DNA from: an uncultured bacterium
GTDB lineage: Bacteria; Chloroflexota; UBA5177; JANWHV01
Assembly: GCA_963729625.1 (NCBI GenBank)
Contig: CAVSOU010000010.1
Location: 448,001 to 512,000, forward strand
DNA length: 64,000 nt
Direction of reading: 5' to 3'
The notes beneath the pieces were generated by a model. That model did no database searches. It worked only from the letters and a program-made list of their open reading frames with translations, and had not been told where the DNA came from. Within the stretch, counting starts at the first letter, position 1, and every line of letters begins with the position of its first letter. Below, one piece after another: positions 30,222 through 39,539 of this stretch. Both the position numbers and the translations under genes were made by a program.

Positions 30222-31180
30222 TGAAGTCGACGTTCGTGATCCAGCGGTATATCCCGGGAAAAGATGAAGCGCCGCACTTCGAGCGCTATGAGTTGGACCT
30301 GTGGGATGAAGCAACCATCCTGGATGGTCTGAACACCATCAAAGACCGGTTCGACGATTCGCTCTCGTATCGGCGCGCATGCCGCCACTCGATATGCGGC
30401 TCATGCGCCATGGTGGTGAATGGCTACACGAAGCTCGTCTGCAAGACCCCTATCGCGCAAGAGCTCAAACGCGGACGAACCGAACTGCGCATCACGCCAA
30501 TGCGCACCATGAAAGTGGTCAAGGATCTCGTCGTGGATATGGCGCCGTTCTGGAAGCACTTTCGGGATGTTGATCCGTGGTTGCAGCCTGGCTCCGCCAA
30601 CGTGCCGGGGCCGGATGAGGAGTATCGCGTAACGCCGGCACAGTTGGCCCCTTCCCGCAAGGATCTCAACTGCATACTGTGCGCCGTCTGCTACTCGGAC
30701 TGCAGCGTAACTGAGGTCGACAGTCACTTCGCCGGGCCGCCGGCTCTGGCTAAGGCGCACCGGTTTGTTACGGACCCGCGAGACAGCAAGCGGAAAGAAC
30801 GGCTGGAGAAGCTTGTCGATCTCGGTCTCTGGGACTGTGCCCACGCATACAGTTGCATGGAGTGCCCAAAACACGTCGATCCGGCGAGCGCAATCGCCGA
30901 TTTGCGCCGCATGTCCATTGAAGCCGGCATAACGAGGAACATCGGCGCCAAGCACAGCCAGGAGTTCACCAAGAGCATAGGCCGGGGTGGGCGCCTGGAT
31001 GAAACTCGACTTGTGATGGAGCTTACCGGCATCACCAACGTCGCCGGCCAGATTCGAAACGCGCCCCAGGGCATGCGGATGCTGCTCAAAGGGAAACTGC
31101 CCTTGCCGATGCTTCAGAAGGTTGATAACCCGAAGGAAGTCCACCGCATTTTCGATACCGTGGGCACGAAGGAAGAGTAA
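30221..31180 (+). CDS. sdhB: Succinate dehydrogenase Fe-S subunit with C-terminal extension
   Basis: CRHSICGSC, CILCAVCYSDC, CAHAYSCMECP, plus an HdrC-like helical tail. Confidence 0.92.
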   Translation: MKSTFVIQRYIPGKDEAPHFERYELDLWDEATILDGLNTIKDRFDDSLSYRRACRHSICGSCAMVVNGYTKLVCKTPIAQELKRGRTELRITPMRTMKVVKDLVVDMAPFWKHFRDVDPWLQPGSANVPGPDEEYRVTPAQLAPSRKDLNCILCAVCYSDCSVTEVDSHFAGPPALAKAHRFVTDPRDSKRKERLEKLVDLGLWDCAHAYSCMECPKHVDPASAIADLRRMSIEAGITRNIGAKHSQEFTKSIGRGGRLDETRLVMELTGITNVAGQIRNAPQGMRMLLKGKLPLPMLQKVDNPKEVHRIFDTVGTKEE

Positions 31181-32053
31181 ATGAAGTACGCATATTTCAC
31201 TGGCTGCGTGGCTAAAGGCACGTGCCCGGAGCTCCATTACTCCACGGTGAAGCTGGCGAAAGTCCTGGGCATCGAGCTGTGGGAAATGACCGATGCAACG
31301 TGCTGCGGCGCAGGGGTCATACGCGACGAGAATCCTGAGCTGCAGATCGCGCTCAACGCGCGCACGTTCGCCATGGCCGAGGCGGCCGGTATGGATATCG
31401 TCAATATTTGCAGCACGTGCCAGCAGAACCTTGGCCAGGACCGTCGCGCGCTGCGCGACGACCCCGAGCTACTCGGCCGCGTGAATGATGTCCTCGCTCA
31501 AAGCGGCCTCCATTACAGCGGAAACGTCGAGGTCAAGAACTTGCTCTGGGTGCTCGTCGGCGACTATGGCCTCGAGCGGCTGCGCGAGAAAGTCGTGCGA
31601 CCCCTGACCGGGCTGCGAATAGCGTCCTATTATGGTTGCCAGCTGCTGAGGCCGATTGAGGATACAGGCTTCGAAGATCCGGACAACCCAACTTCATTCG
31701 ACAACCTTATCCGCGCTCTCGGCGGAACGCCCGTGGACTACGCGGGCAAGACGCGTTGCTGTGGGTTCCACATCCTCACCGTGAATGAAGACACCTCGAC
31801 GAAGATGGCGGTTAAGCGGTTAGAAGAAGCCGACGCAGCCGACGCGGACATCATGGTGACACCGTGTCCGCTGTGCCATACGTCTCTCGACGCCTACCAG
31901 CCAAGGGCGACGAAACTTCAGAACAGCTCTGTGAGAATGCCGGTGCTTCACCTTTCTCAGCTGGTTGGACTGGCCTGCGGCCTCGAGGTCGGCGACCTGA
32001 AGCTCAATCGGTTGATGGTGTCACCCCACAAAGCGCTGGCCGGCATATTGTGA
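31181..32053 (+). CDS. CCG-domain (HdrB-like, type-E SdhE) subunit
   Basis: YFTGC, TCCGAG, ICSTC, YYGC, RCCG, TPCPLC. Confidence 0.88.
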   Translation: MKYAYFTGCVAKGTCPELHYSTVKLAKVLGIELWEMTDATCCGAGVIRDENPELQIALNARTFAMAEAAGMDIVNICSTCQQNLGQDRRALRDDPELLGRVNDVLAQSGLHYSGNVEVKNLLWVLVGDYGLERLREKVVRPLTGLRIASYYGCQLLRPIEDTGFEDPDNPTSFDNLIRALGGTPVDYAGKTRCCGFHILTVNEDTSTKMAVKRLEEADAADADIMVTPCPLCHTSLDAYQPRATKLQNSSVRMPVLHLSQLVGLACGLEVGDLKLNRLMVSPHKALAGIL

Positions 32054-32064
32054 CGACCTGAACC

Positions 32065-33432
32065 GTGGCGTCGCGGGGGGAGAGAATGGTCGCGCTCGCC
32101 AAACCCGAAGGTATGACGGATGCGGATGCCGCCATCTGGTGTGACCTCGACGTAATCGAGATGTGCGCGCTCGAGACGGCCAAGGGCAGGGCGATCTGCG
32201 CAACGCCTGTTGGCTCGCGCTATCCGTATGTCTATCCGCGCGACAACGCACAGTGTGCCCGGGCGCTCGGCAAGCTGGTCACGTACTCGCAGTGCAAGGA
32301 CGTGATCGACCGTGCCTTCTCGCTTCTGGGGCACATTGCATTGTATCTGCTGGAGGTCCAGCGGCCCGACGGCTTCTGGGGCCAACGCTATGACGTCGAC
32401 GGAAATGACAAGGCCATCTATCAACAGGAGGACAACGTCGCGCTGGGCATGAGCGCCCTTCTCGACTACCTCTATGCGGCCGAATGGCTCGAGCGCATCC
32501 CTTCGTGGGCCCACCGAATTCGCGACGCGGTTGAAGCCTCGGCCGCGTATGCCATTGACCACTACTATCGCTCCGAGATTAACCTGTTCTACGGCACGAC
32601 ATCGATTCACGAATCGCGGATGGTACAGGGCTACGACATCTGGACTAACTTCGCCTACCTGCGGGCCTTCACGAGAGCCTTCCACGTATCGAGCGGATGG
32701 GGCGGTTTCAATGACTGGTTCCCGACGATCAAAGAATTCTGCCGCCAATTCGAGGATGCGGTGTTCCGCATCTTTATCCACGATGGGCGCTACGTCCGCA
32801 GGATAGATCCGCGAGGCATGTATGACGAGCGCCCCGACTTCATCATGCTGTCGCCGTTCTACTTCGGCTTCCTGAACCGTAACGCCAAGGCGCAGAAGGC
32901 TTCCGCCGACGCCATCGCGGAGGAACTATGGGATCCCGAACTGGGCGGGCTTCAGCGCTATCTCCCGTATACGGAGGATTTCACCTGTCACACGCACAGT
33001 GGCGCCGGTCCGTGGCTCGACTACACACTCGTCCTCGCACAATACCTCTACGTGGCGGGGCACGCGGGTGAGGCAGACAACATCTTGCACCTTGTCGAGT
33101 CGTACCGGACGGACGAAGGGTACCTTGCCGAGCACCTGACCACGCCACGTCGCTTCCATCATTTCTACTCGACGCAGTGGGACACCGGCATCGACTTTCA
33201 GAAAGAATTCGACAAAGAGTGTTTGCTGCCGAACGTCTCGTTTGACTTCATTGTCGAGGAGCTCATCCACATGCGAGATGCCTACCAGCGCGTCAAGAGG
33301 CAGATCGATGAGAATCCCAGCGCGCACTTTCTTCGGTTCGCGACCCCCTTGATGCGAGCACATGCCGAACACGCGCTGGCGGTCCTGGCGCGGCAGCAGT
33401 TTGCCGCCAGGGCAGCGAAAGGGCACAATTGA
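32065..33432 (+). CDS. Glycoside hydrolase family 15-like (alpha/alpha)6 protein
   Basis: YPYVYPRD, GFWGQRY..DG, QEDN, SIHE, GGLQRY, GPW, YLAEH. Start may be 32087. Confidence 0.7.
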   Translation: MASRGERMVALAKPEGMTDADAAIWCDLDVIEMCALETAKGRAICATPVGSRYPYVYPRDNAQCARALGKLVTYSQCKDVIDRAFSLLGHIALYLLEVQRPDGFWGQRYDVDGNDKAIYQQEDNVALGMSALLDYLYAAEWLERIPSWAHRIRDAVEASAAYAIDHYYRSEINLFYGTTSIHESRMVQGYDIWTNFAYLRAFTRAFHVSSGWGGFNDWFPTIKEFCRQFEDAVFRIFIHDGRYVRRIDPRGMYDERPDFIMLSPFYFGFLNRNAKAQKASADAIAEELWDPELGGLQRYLPYTEDFTCHTHSGAGPWLDYTLVLAQYLYVAGHAGEADNILHLVESYRTDEGYLAEHLTTPRRFHHFYSTQWDTGIDFQKEFDKECLLPNVSFDFIVEELIHMRDAYQRVKRQIDENPSAHFLRFATPLMRAHAEHALAVLARQQFAARAAKGHN

Positions 33433-34241
33433 CGCGCATCCTGCTCGACCTGGCCATCGGCGACCTGATGCCGGCTTCAGAGCAGCCGCGAAAGCGTTTC
33501 GACGAGGAGCCTCTGGCGGAGCTCGCCGCGTCCATTGCCGTCTATGGCATGTTGCAGCCGCTGCTGGTGACGCGCAGTTCCCGGCGCGACACGCCGCCTC
33601 GATACCGAATCGTCGCCGGTGAGCGACGCTGGCGTGCGGCGATCATCGCGGAAATACCTTCGGTTCCAGCCCTGTTGATCGGCGATGACGAACGAGTAAA
33701 CCAGGAAATCTCGCTTGTCGAGAATCTTCATCGAGCCGATCTGCAGCCTCTCGAGCTCGCTCAAGCGTACCAGGCAATCATCAAGTCAACAGGCTGCACC
33801 CAGGATGAACTCGCTGCACGGCTGGGGAAGAGTCGCGTGAGCCTAACCAATACGTTGCGCTTGCTCGGACTTGGCTACTCGGCTCAGCAGGCGCTGGCGT
33901 CAAACCGACTCACCGAGGGTCACGCGCGCGCACTGCTCGCAGTTTCGGGCACTGCGCAGGACGCAGCGCTGCAGCGGGTGCTTTCTAGCGGCTTGTCCGT
34001 ACGGCAGACGGAGGCGCTCACAAGGAGGATCATGGCCGAGCGACGGCCGCGTTCGACGTCGAACGTGCAGACTGACCTTCGTGCCTTGACTGAAGCCCTC
34101 CGGTGCGTAGTGAGCGCCCCTATCTCGATAGCGGGAACGGCAGACTCGGGCAGAATCGTGATCGAGTACCATTCGCGGGATGAATTGGAACGATTGTGCG
34201 AGCGTCTCGGCGGCGCGGAACTGGCGGATACCCTGGCCTGA
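33429..34241 (+). CDS. parB: ParB/Spo0J family CTPase DNA-binding protein
   Basis: QPRKRF, GMLQPLLV, VAGERRWRAA, ENLHRADL, HTH TQDELAARLGKSR, GHARAL. Confidence 0.9.
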   Translation: MTRILLDLAIGDLMPASEQPRKRFDEEPLAELAASIAVYGMLQPLLVTRSSRRDTPPRYRIVAGERRWRAAIIAEIPSVPALLIGDDERVNQEISLVENLHRADLQPLELAQAYQAIIKSTGCTQDELAARLGKSRVSLTNTLRLLGLGYSAQQALASNRLTEGHARALLAVSGTAQDAALQRVLSSGLSVRQTEALTRRIMAERRPRSTSNVQTDLRALTEALRCVVSAPISIAGTADSGRIVIEYHSRDELERLCERLGGAELADTLA

Positions 34242-34362
34242 AAGCGGCATCCGCGAACCCTTGAGCGCGCGAGGCTGTATACTACCTCACGGACCAACGA
34301 GTACCACGCGCGGCCTTCCCGGGTCCGCGAAACCACCTGAGAGTCACGGAGCAACACGCGCG

Positions 34363-35373
34363 ATGACCGTGGAGGCGGCAATCTCTCTCGGCTCAGAAAT
34401 ACGCCCGCTGTCAGATGTTGAGCCTCACCGCGGCACGGCGGCAATCGATATTTCGATGGTGATCCCGGTCTACAACGAAGTCGAGAGCGTGCCGAAACTG
34501 CACGAGAAGCTTACTCAGGTCTTGGCGGCACAGGGCTGCAGTTATGAGATTATCTTCATCGACGACGGGAGCACCGACGGCACATTCGGCGCGGTCAAGG
34601 ACTTGTTCGTGCAAGATCCAGCGCATGTGCGCGTGTTGAGTTTCCGGCGCAACTTCGGCAAGACAGCGGGTCTTGCGGCAGGCTTCGACAACTGTCGCGG
34701 CGAGATCATTTTCACGATGGACGCCGATTTGCAGGACGACCCCGAAGAGATTCCGCACTTCCTGGATAAGCTTGCCGAGGGCTATGATCTCGTCTCCGGT
34801 TGGAAGCAGAAGCGCAACGATCCCGTTTCGAAGACTTTGCCGTCCAAGATATTCAACGCGGTCGTGTCGTCCTCGACTGGCGTGCGCTTGCACGATATCG
34901 ACTGCGGATTCAAGGCATACCGCCGAGAGGTCACCGACGAACTCAAGCTCTACGCTGACCTCCATCGCTTCATCCCGGTGATGGCCCACTGGCGGGGGTT
35001 CCGCATCGCCGAGATCCCCGTACAGCATCATGCGCGCAAGTTTGGCAGGTCGAAGTACGGGATCCGTCGTTACGCGCGTGGCGCGCTGGACTTCTTCAAG
35101 GTGCTGTTCCTCACGCGGTACATGCAGAAACCTCTGTCTCTGTTCGGTACGATCGGCGCTGCGCTTTCCATGATCGGGATTCTCTGTGGCCTGTACCTGA
35201 CAGAAGAGCACTTCCGCACCGGCAATATCGGATCTCGACCATTGCTCGACCTCTCGGTGCTTCTCGTGATCACGGGGGTTCAGTTGTTCAGCCTGGGTCT
35301 CCTCGGGGAGATGCTGCGGCACGTGTCCTATCGCCGGGCGGAAGAGTACAGCATCCGGCAGCGCTTGGAATGA
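34363..35373 (+). CDS. GT2 polyprenol-phosphate glycosyltransferase (ArnC/DPM-like)
   Basis: VIPVYNE, DDGSTD, RNFGKTA, MDADLQDDP, two C-terminal TM helices. Confidence 0.9.
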   Translation: MTVEAAISLGSEIRPLSDVEPHRGTAAIDISMVIPVYNEVESVPKLHEKLTQVLAAQGCSYEIIFIDDGSTDGTFGAVKDLFVQDPAHVRVLSFRRNFGKTAGLAAGFDNCRGEIIFTMDADLQDDPEEIPHFLDKLAEGYDLVSGWKQKRNDPVSKTLPSKIFNAVVSSSTGVRLHDIDCGFKAYRREVTDELKLYADLHRFIPVMAHWRGFRIAEIPVQHHARKFGRSKYGIRRYARGALDFFKVLFLTRYMQKPLSLFGTIGAALSMIGILCGLYLTEEHFRTGNIGSRPLLDLSVLLVITGVQLFSLGLLGEMLRHVSYRRAEEYSIRQRLE

Positions 35374-36335
35374 CGCGGCTCACTACAATGTGGCGCAGCA
35401 TCTGGGTGAGATACTCGCTCACTGCGGTGCTTCTTGCCGCTATCCTCTGGAAGGTCAACCCCAAGCAGTTTTGGGACACTGGACACAGCCTCAACCTGAC
35501 TAACCTCGTGTTGGCCATGTCGCTTACAGTGCCATTTCTCTTTCTCAAGGCCTTTCGATGGCACGCCATTCTGCGCGCCGGCAAATGCCGAGCAACGTTT
35601 GCTGAGTCCTTCGTTTCTCTGGTCGGCGGTATGGGCGTAGCGCTGCTGACACCTGCGAGACTCGGGGAACTCACGCGAGCGGCATATCTCTCCGAGCCGA
35701 GGAAAGTACGCGTTGGCGCGCTGGTAATGGTCGACAAGGTATATGACGTGGTAGTGCTGGCGATCCTGGCAATACCCGGAGCGTGGCTGCTGGTCAGCCC
35801 TCTGCTTGCCCTGGCCTTTGCCGCCATCGGGCTTGCCGGGGTGTACCTGGCGGTGCAGCCTCGAGGGCTGCAGACAGCATTTCGCGTGTGCAGGCCATTG
35901 CCCTACTACAAGAAGATCGATGGGGCCATGGGCCGATTCGCGGAGTTCCCGGGCACTGTAGGTTTCGCCTGCCTGATGTACACGCTTGGGTCATTTCTCA
36001 TCGTCCTGGCGCAGTATTGGATTATCTTGCGCGCGTGGAACGTGGGCGGGCTCAACGTCGTCGTGTATTGTTTTCCGATGGTTGTGCTGTCAAACGCCGT
36101 TCCGCTGACCGTCGCCGGGCTCGGCACCCGCGAGGGGCTAGCAATTATCCTCCTCAATCACTATGGGATCGCCCGATCAATTGCGGGCACCAGCGCATTT
36201 CTCATGTTCTTTATGAATACGGCCCTCCCAGGCGTCATTGGAGCCGTGGTGACGCCATTCTTTCGCCCGCCCTCGGCGGTACCCGAAGACCTGGCCATGC
36301 GACCGTCGAGCAGCGAAAGCGTGGTGCAGCCATGA
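35370..36335 (+). CDS. Lysylphosphatidylglycerol synthase TM / flippase-like protein (UPF0104)
   Basis: KAFRW, TPARLGELTRA, DK..D, PLTVAGLGTREG. Confidence 0.85.
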   Translation: MTRLTTMWRSIWVRYSLTAVLLAAILWKVNPKQFWDTGHSLNLTNLVLAMSLTVPFLFLKAFRWHAILRAGKCRATFAESFVSLVGGMGVALLTPARLGELTRAAYLSEPRKVRVGALVMVDKVYDVVVLAILAIPGAWLLVSPLLALAFAAIGLAGVYLAVQPRGLQTAFRVCRPLPYYKKIDGAMGRFAEFPGTVGFACLMYTLGSFLIVLAQYWIILRAWNVGGLNVVVYCFPMVVLSNAVPLTVAGLGTREGLAIILLNHYGIARSIAGTSAFLMFFMNTALPGVIGAVVTPFFRPPSAVPEDLAMRPSSSESVVQP

Positions 36336-38503
36336 CTGCGCCCGCGACCCGGGTCCAACCACAGCGCGCGACTCGCCCGACCCCTGCACGGGACATGGCA
36401 GTCCACGTCCCCAGCCCAGCCGAACGCATGGCACGGTCCAGTACTGAACTGGGATTCTTGGCCGTGACCGCGCTCTACGCGGTGGTGTTTACCGCGATCA
36501 GCCTGCAGCAATATCACGCGTTCGTGCCTCACGCGTTGGACCTTGGCAATATGGCCCAGACGTTCTGGAACACGGTGCACGGTCATCCGTTCAGGTTCCA
36601 GAACATGCGCGCGCACGCATCCGTGGAAGCATTCGGCACTTTGACGCGGCTGAGCTTCCACGTGGAGCCGCTTATCCCATTCATGGCGATCTTCTATTTC
36701 TTTTATCAGCACGTCGAGACTCTTCTGGTGCTGCAGACCCTGGCAATTGCCACGGGCGCCATTCCAACGCGCCTGCTAGCGCGATCGCATCTGCACAACG
36801 GGCTGGCCGAGGTCGCGTTCCCGGTCGCCTACCTGCTCTACCCGGCGCTCGAAGCAGCTAACCTCTACGAGTTTCACCCTGTGGCTGTCGCGGCGCCGCT
36901 GCTCGTGTGGGCGTTCTATTTCGCCGACACCCAACGGTACACGCTCTTCGTGCTCATGGCTACGGCCGCGATGGGCTGCAAAGAAGAGATGGGTCTGCTC
37001 GTAGCCCTGATGGGCGTTTGGATCGCGGTGCGCAACACTGAGTGGCATTTTGGCTCCATCGTCGTCGTGCTCGGCGTGGTCTGGTCGTACATCGCGCTGA
37101 AGGTCGTGGTGCCACACTTCAACCTTGCCGATAGCTCGTACTGGGACCGCTACGTGCCACCCGGCTACTTCGGCAATCAGGTTGTGACCCAGAGCGACGC
37201 CATTCACTTCTGGCGCGACCATCCCGACCTTGTATGGAGCAACTTAACCAGCGAGGCTAAGGTGAGCTATATGCATCGGATACTCTATCCGACCGGCTAC
37301 CTGTCGCTGCTCAGCCCAATTACGCTGCTAGTCGCGCTCCCCAGCCTTGCTCTAATTATGTTAAGTTATGAGCCACACATGATCAGCGGGGTCGCGCATT
37401 ACTCGGCGGAGCTTGTTCCTGTGCTGGTGGTCGCATCGATCCTGGGCGTCGAATGGCTGGCGACGCGCGTAGCGCCCCGGCTGCGTATCCCCCCGGTCAC
37501 TGTCGTCGTGGCGTGCAGCGCCTATGTGCTTGCCGCCGCGGTCTTCAACCAGCACGACAACGGGTTCAGCCCGCTTGCCAAGAGCTTCGCCTATCCGTCA
37601 ATCACCGCGCACGACAAGATCGTGGAACAGATTCTTGCCATGATCCCAGCTAACGCGTCTGTCTCGGCCCAGGATAATCTCGATGCACACCTGAGCGATC
37701 GTGAGCAAATCTACCTCTTTCCCGATACCGATAGTGGTCGGGTCCAGTACATCGCCCTGGACGCCACACAGCCCACCGGCTCGGTGATGCGAGTATGCGA
37801 TCTCGCGGTGCAGGTCATTGGAAACAACGCGGCATGCGACGTGGCCGCCGGCCCCGCAACGCCATCATCGATCCCGAATGCCGACTCGTACAACCGCAAC
37901 GCGTTCTTGCGGAATGGCAAATGGACGATCGTCGCCGCGAACGACGGCATGCTGCTGCTTACGAAGCACCTCAAGGGCGGGCCGCTGGTCACGACGCTAC
38001 CGCCGCAGTTCTGGACGTTTATGGAGCCCCCCGCGACCAGCGTGCCGTCCGGGCCCCCTATTGCGCAGCTAGGGGACTACCTGCAGCTCCAGGCCTTCAG
38101 GCTGAGCAGGACAGAGATCGTCAATCTCAGGAACCCCGACGTGCTGGTAACCACGTGGTGGAAGGTGCTGAAGCCATTGCCGCAGCGATCGCGCCTCATA
38201 CATTATCTCACCGACTACCGAGGCGCGCTTCAGGTGTTCTCCGACGATCAGCAGGCGACCGACTGGCAAGTGCTGAGCCAATGGCAGGTGGGAAGAGTCT
38301 ACAAGGTCCTGTCGTATCAATTAAGTGTCTATACGGCGAAGAGCGGCAAGATCGACGTCGACGTGGGCCTCACCGACAACGATCACCGGTACCAGGTCGT
38401 CGGCTTCAACGAGCCCGTCACGGTGCTCAATGCCGAGACCGGTGTTCTCGCGGTAGGCGGTGGCCGCGTGCTCAAGCTGGCGTCGATTCAAGCGACGCTT
38501 TGA
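36332..38503 (+). CDS. DUF2079 membrane protein (GT-C-like) with extracytoplasmic C-terminal domain
   Basis: DLGNMAQTFWNT.HG, HVEP, LLVLQT, YEFHP, KEE, IP..ASVSA, HLSDRE.IY.FP. Confidence 0.85.
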   Translation: MTAPATRVQPQRATRPTPARDMAVHVPSPAERMARSSTELGFLAVTALYAVVFTAISLQQYHAFVPHALDLGNMAQTFWNTVHGHPFRFQNMRAHASVEAFGTLTRLSFHVEPLIPFMAIFYFFYQHVETLLVLQTLAIATGAIPTRLLARSHLHNGLAEVAFPVAYLLYPALEAANLYEFHPVAVAAPLLVWAFYFADTQRYTLFVLMATAAMGCKEEMGLLVALMGVWIAVRNTEWHFGSIVVVLGVVWSYIALKVVVPHFNLADSSYWDRYVPPGYFGNQVVTQSDAIHFWRDHPDLVWSNLTSEAKVSYMHRILYPTGYLSLLSPITLLVALPSLALIMLSYEPHMISGVAHYSAELVPVLVVASILGVEWLATRVAPRLRIPPVTVVVACSAYVLAAAVFNQHDNGFSPLAKSFAYPSITAHDKIVEQILAMIPANASVSAQDNLDAHLSDREQIYLFPDTDSGRVQYIALDATQPTGSVMRVCDLAVQVIGNNAACDVAAGPATPSSIPNADSYNRNAFLRNGKWTIVAANDGMLLLTKHLKGGPLVTTLPPQFWTFMEPPATSVPSGPPIAQLGDYLQLQAFRLSRTEIVNLRNPDVLVTTWWKVLKPLPQRSRLIHYLTDYRGALQVFSDDQQATDWQVLSQWQVGRVYKVLSYQLSVYTAKSGKIDVDVGLTDNDHRYQVVGFNEPVTVLNAETGVLAVGGGRVLKLASIQATL

Positions 38504-38516
38504 TCGGAGGCCTTGT

Positions 38517-39122
38517 ACGCGCGTAGGCGTCTATGGCGGGACATTCGATCCGATTCACGTCGGTCATCTCGCCGCGGCTGAGGCGGTGCGCGAGGCGCTG
38601 CAACTTGACAGCATTGTCTTTGTGCCCAACTGGCAGCAGCCGCTCAAGACAGACACGCCGCTAGCGAACGCGGCGCAGCGCCTGGCCATGGTCAAGCTGG
38701 CGATCGACGACAACGTGCATTTCCTGGTCAGCGACATCGAGTTGCGGCAAGAGGCGCCCGCATACACGATCGACACCCTTGATGCGCTCAGCAGAGAACA
38801 CCCCCAAGAGCGATTTCAGTTCATTCTCGGCGTCGACGCAGCCAACCAGCTCGCACTTTGGCGCGAGCCGGCTCGCCTGCTGGCCGATTATCAGCCCATC
38901 ATAATGCTGCGGGCAGGGTGGCGAGACCCCGACTGGTCGGCATTGACGGCCATTCACCCGCGCGCCCGCCGCCTGGCCCTCGTGGTCGAAGTGCCATGGC
39001 TCGAGATCGCGTCGCAGGACCTTCGGGCTCGCGTGCGGACAGGAAGATCCGTGCGCTATCTTGTGCCTGAGAGAGTGCGAGAGTTCATTGAGTTACATGG
39101 CCTCTATCGCCTTGACGCGTGA
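38517..39122 (+). CDS. nadD: Nicotinate-nucleotide adenylyltransferase
   Basis: GGTFDPIHVGH, YTIDTL, FILGVD, IASQDLR, YLVP. The best-placed start is ACG at 38517; the alternative is GTG at 38460. Confidence 0.92.
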   Translation, partial: TRVGVYGGTFDPIHVGHLAAAEAVREALQLDSIVFVPNWQQPLKTDTPLANAAQRLAMVKLAIDDNVHFLVSDIELRQEAPAYTIDTLDALSREHPQERFQFILGVDAANQLALWREPARLLADYQPIIMLRAGWRDPDWSALTAIHPRARRLALVVEVPWLEIASQDLRARVRTGRSVRYLVPERVREFIELHGLYRLDA

Positions 39123-39140
39123 GAGACGCGACAGTAGCAT
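39112..39140 (+). promoter_or_regulatory. sigma70 promoter of ffs (TTGACG-17-TAGCAT)
   Basis: Canonical spacing; predicted TSS coincides with the 5' end of the SRP RNA. Confidence 0.75.
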
Positions 39141-39146
39141 ACCATC

Positions 39147-39423
39147 GTGACCGTGCTAGGCGGGGGGATAGCCGTCCCCTGAACGGCAATCCGGCTATAT
39201 GGCCGGCGGAATCCCGGGCTCACGGGTGGCCCCTGTTGGGGACTGCACTTGCTCAGCGGCGTTCAACGCGCTGGGTCCTGACCGGCGGAGGCCCACGAAC
39301 CCCGTCAGATCGAAAGAAGCAGCGGTAAGGGGTGTCCTCCGGGTGCGTCGGGAGTGCCTGGTGCGCAGTCGAAGAGCGGGCGTAAGCCGAACAAGGACAC
39401 TCAAAGGTTTGGTGCACGGTCAC
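39147..39423 (+). ncRNA. ffs: Large (Alu-containing) bacterial SRP RNA
   Basis: Terminal helix GTGACCGTGC/GCACGGTCAC, Bacillus scRNA-like 5' Alu (CCGTGCTAGGCGGGG..GCAATCC..GAATCCC), helix 8 TCAG..GAAA..AGCAG, located upstream of dnaX. Confidence 0.9.
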
Positions 39424-39539
39424 TTACATCGGTTGTACACGGCCGATTCAGTATCCGCCGCGGGTGGTGGCGCCGATCGTACCGCATGCGTGTGATGGGC
39501 GGGTCGCAGCAAGAGCCGGGCTGAGGAGCGATAGCGCGC

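Noticed and set aside
35783-36331. 183-aa N-terminal extension of the DUF2079 ORF
   Set aside because: It overlaps the flippase gene in another frame; the real start is the coupled ATG at 36332.
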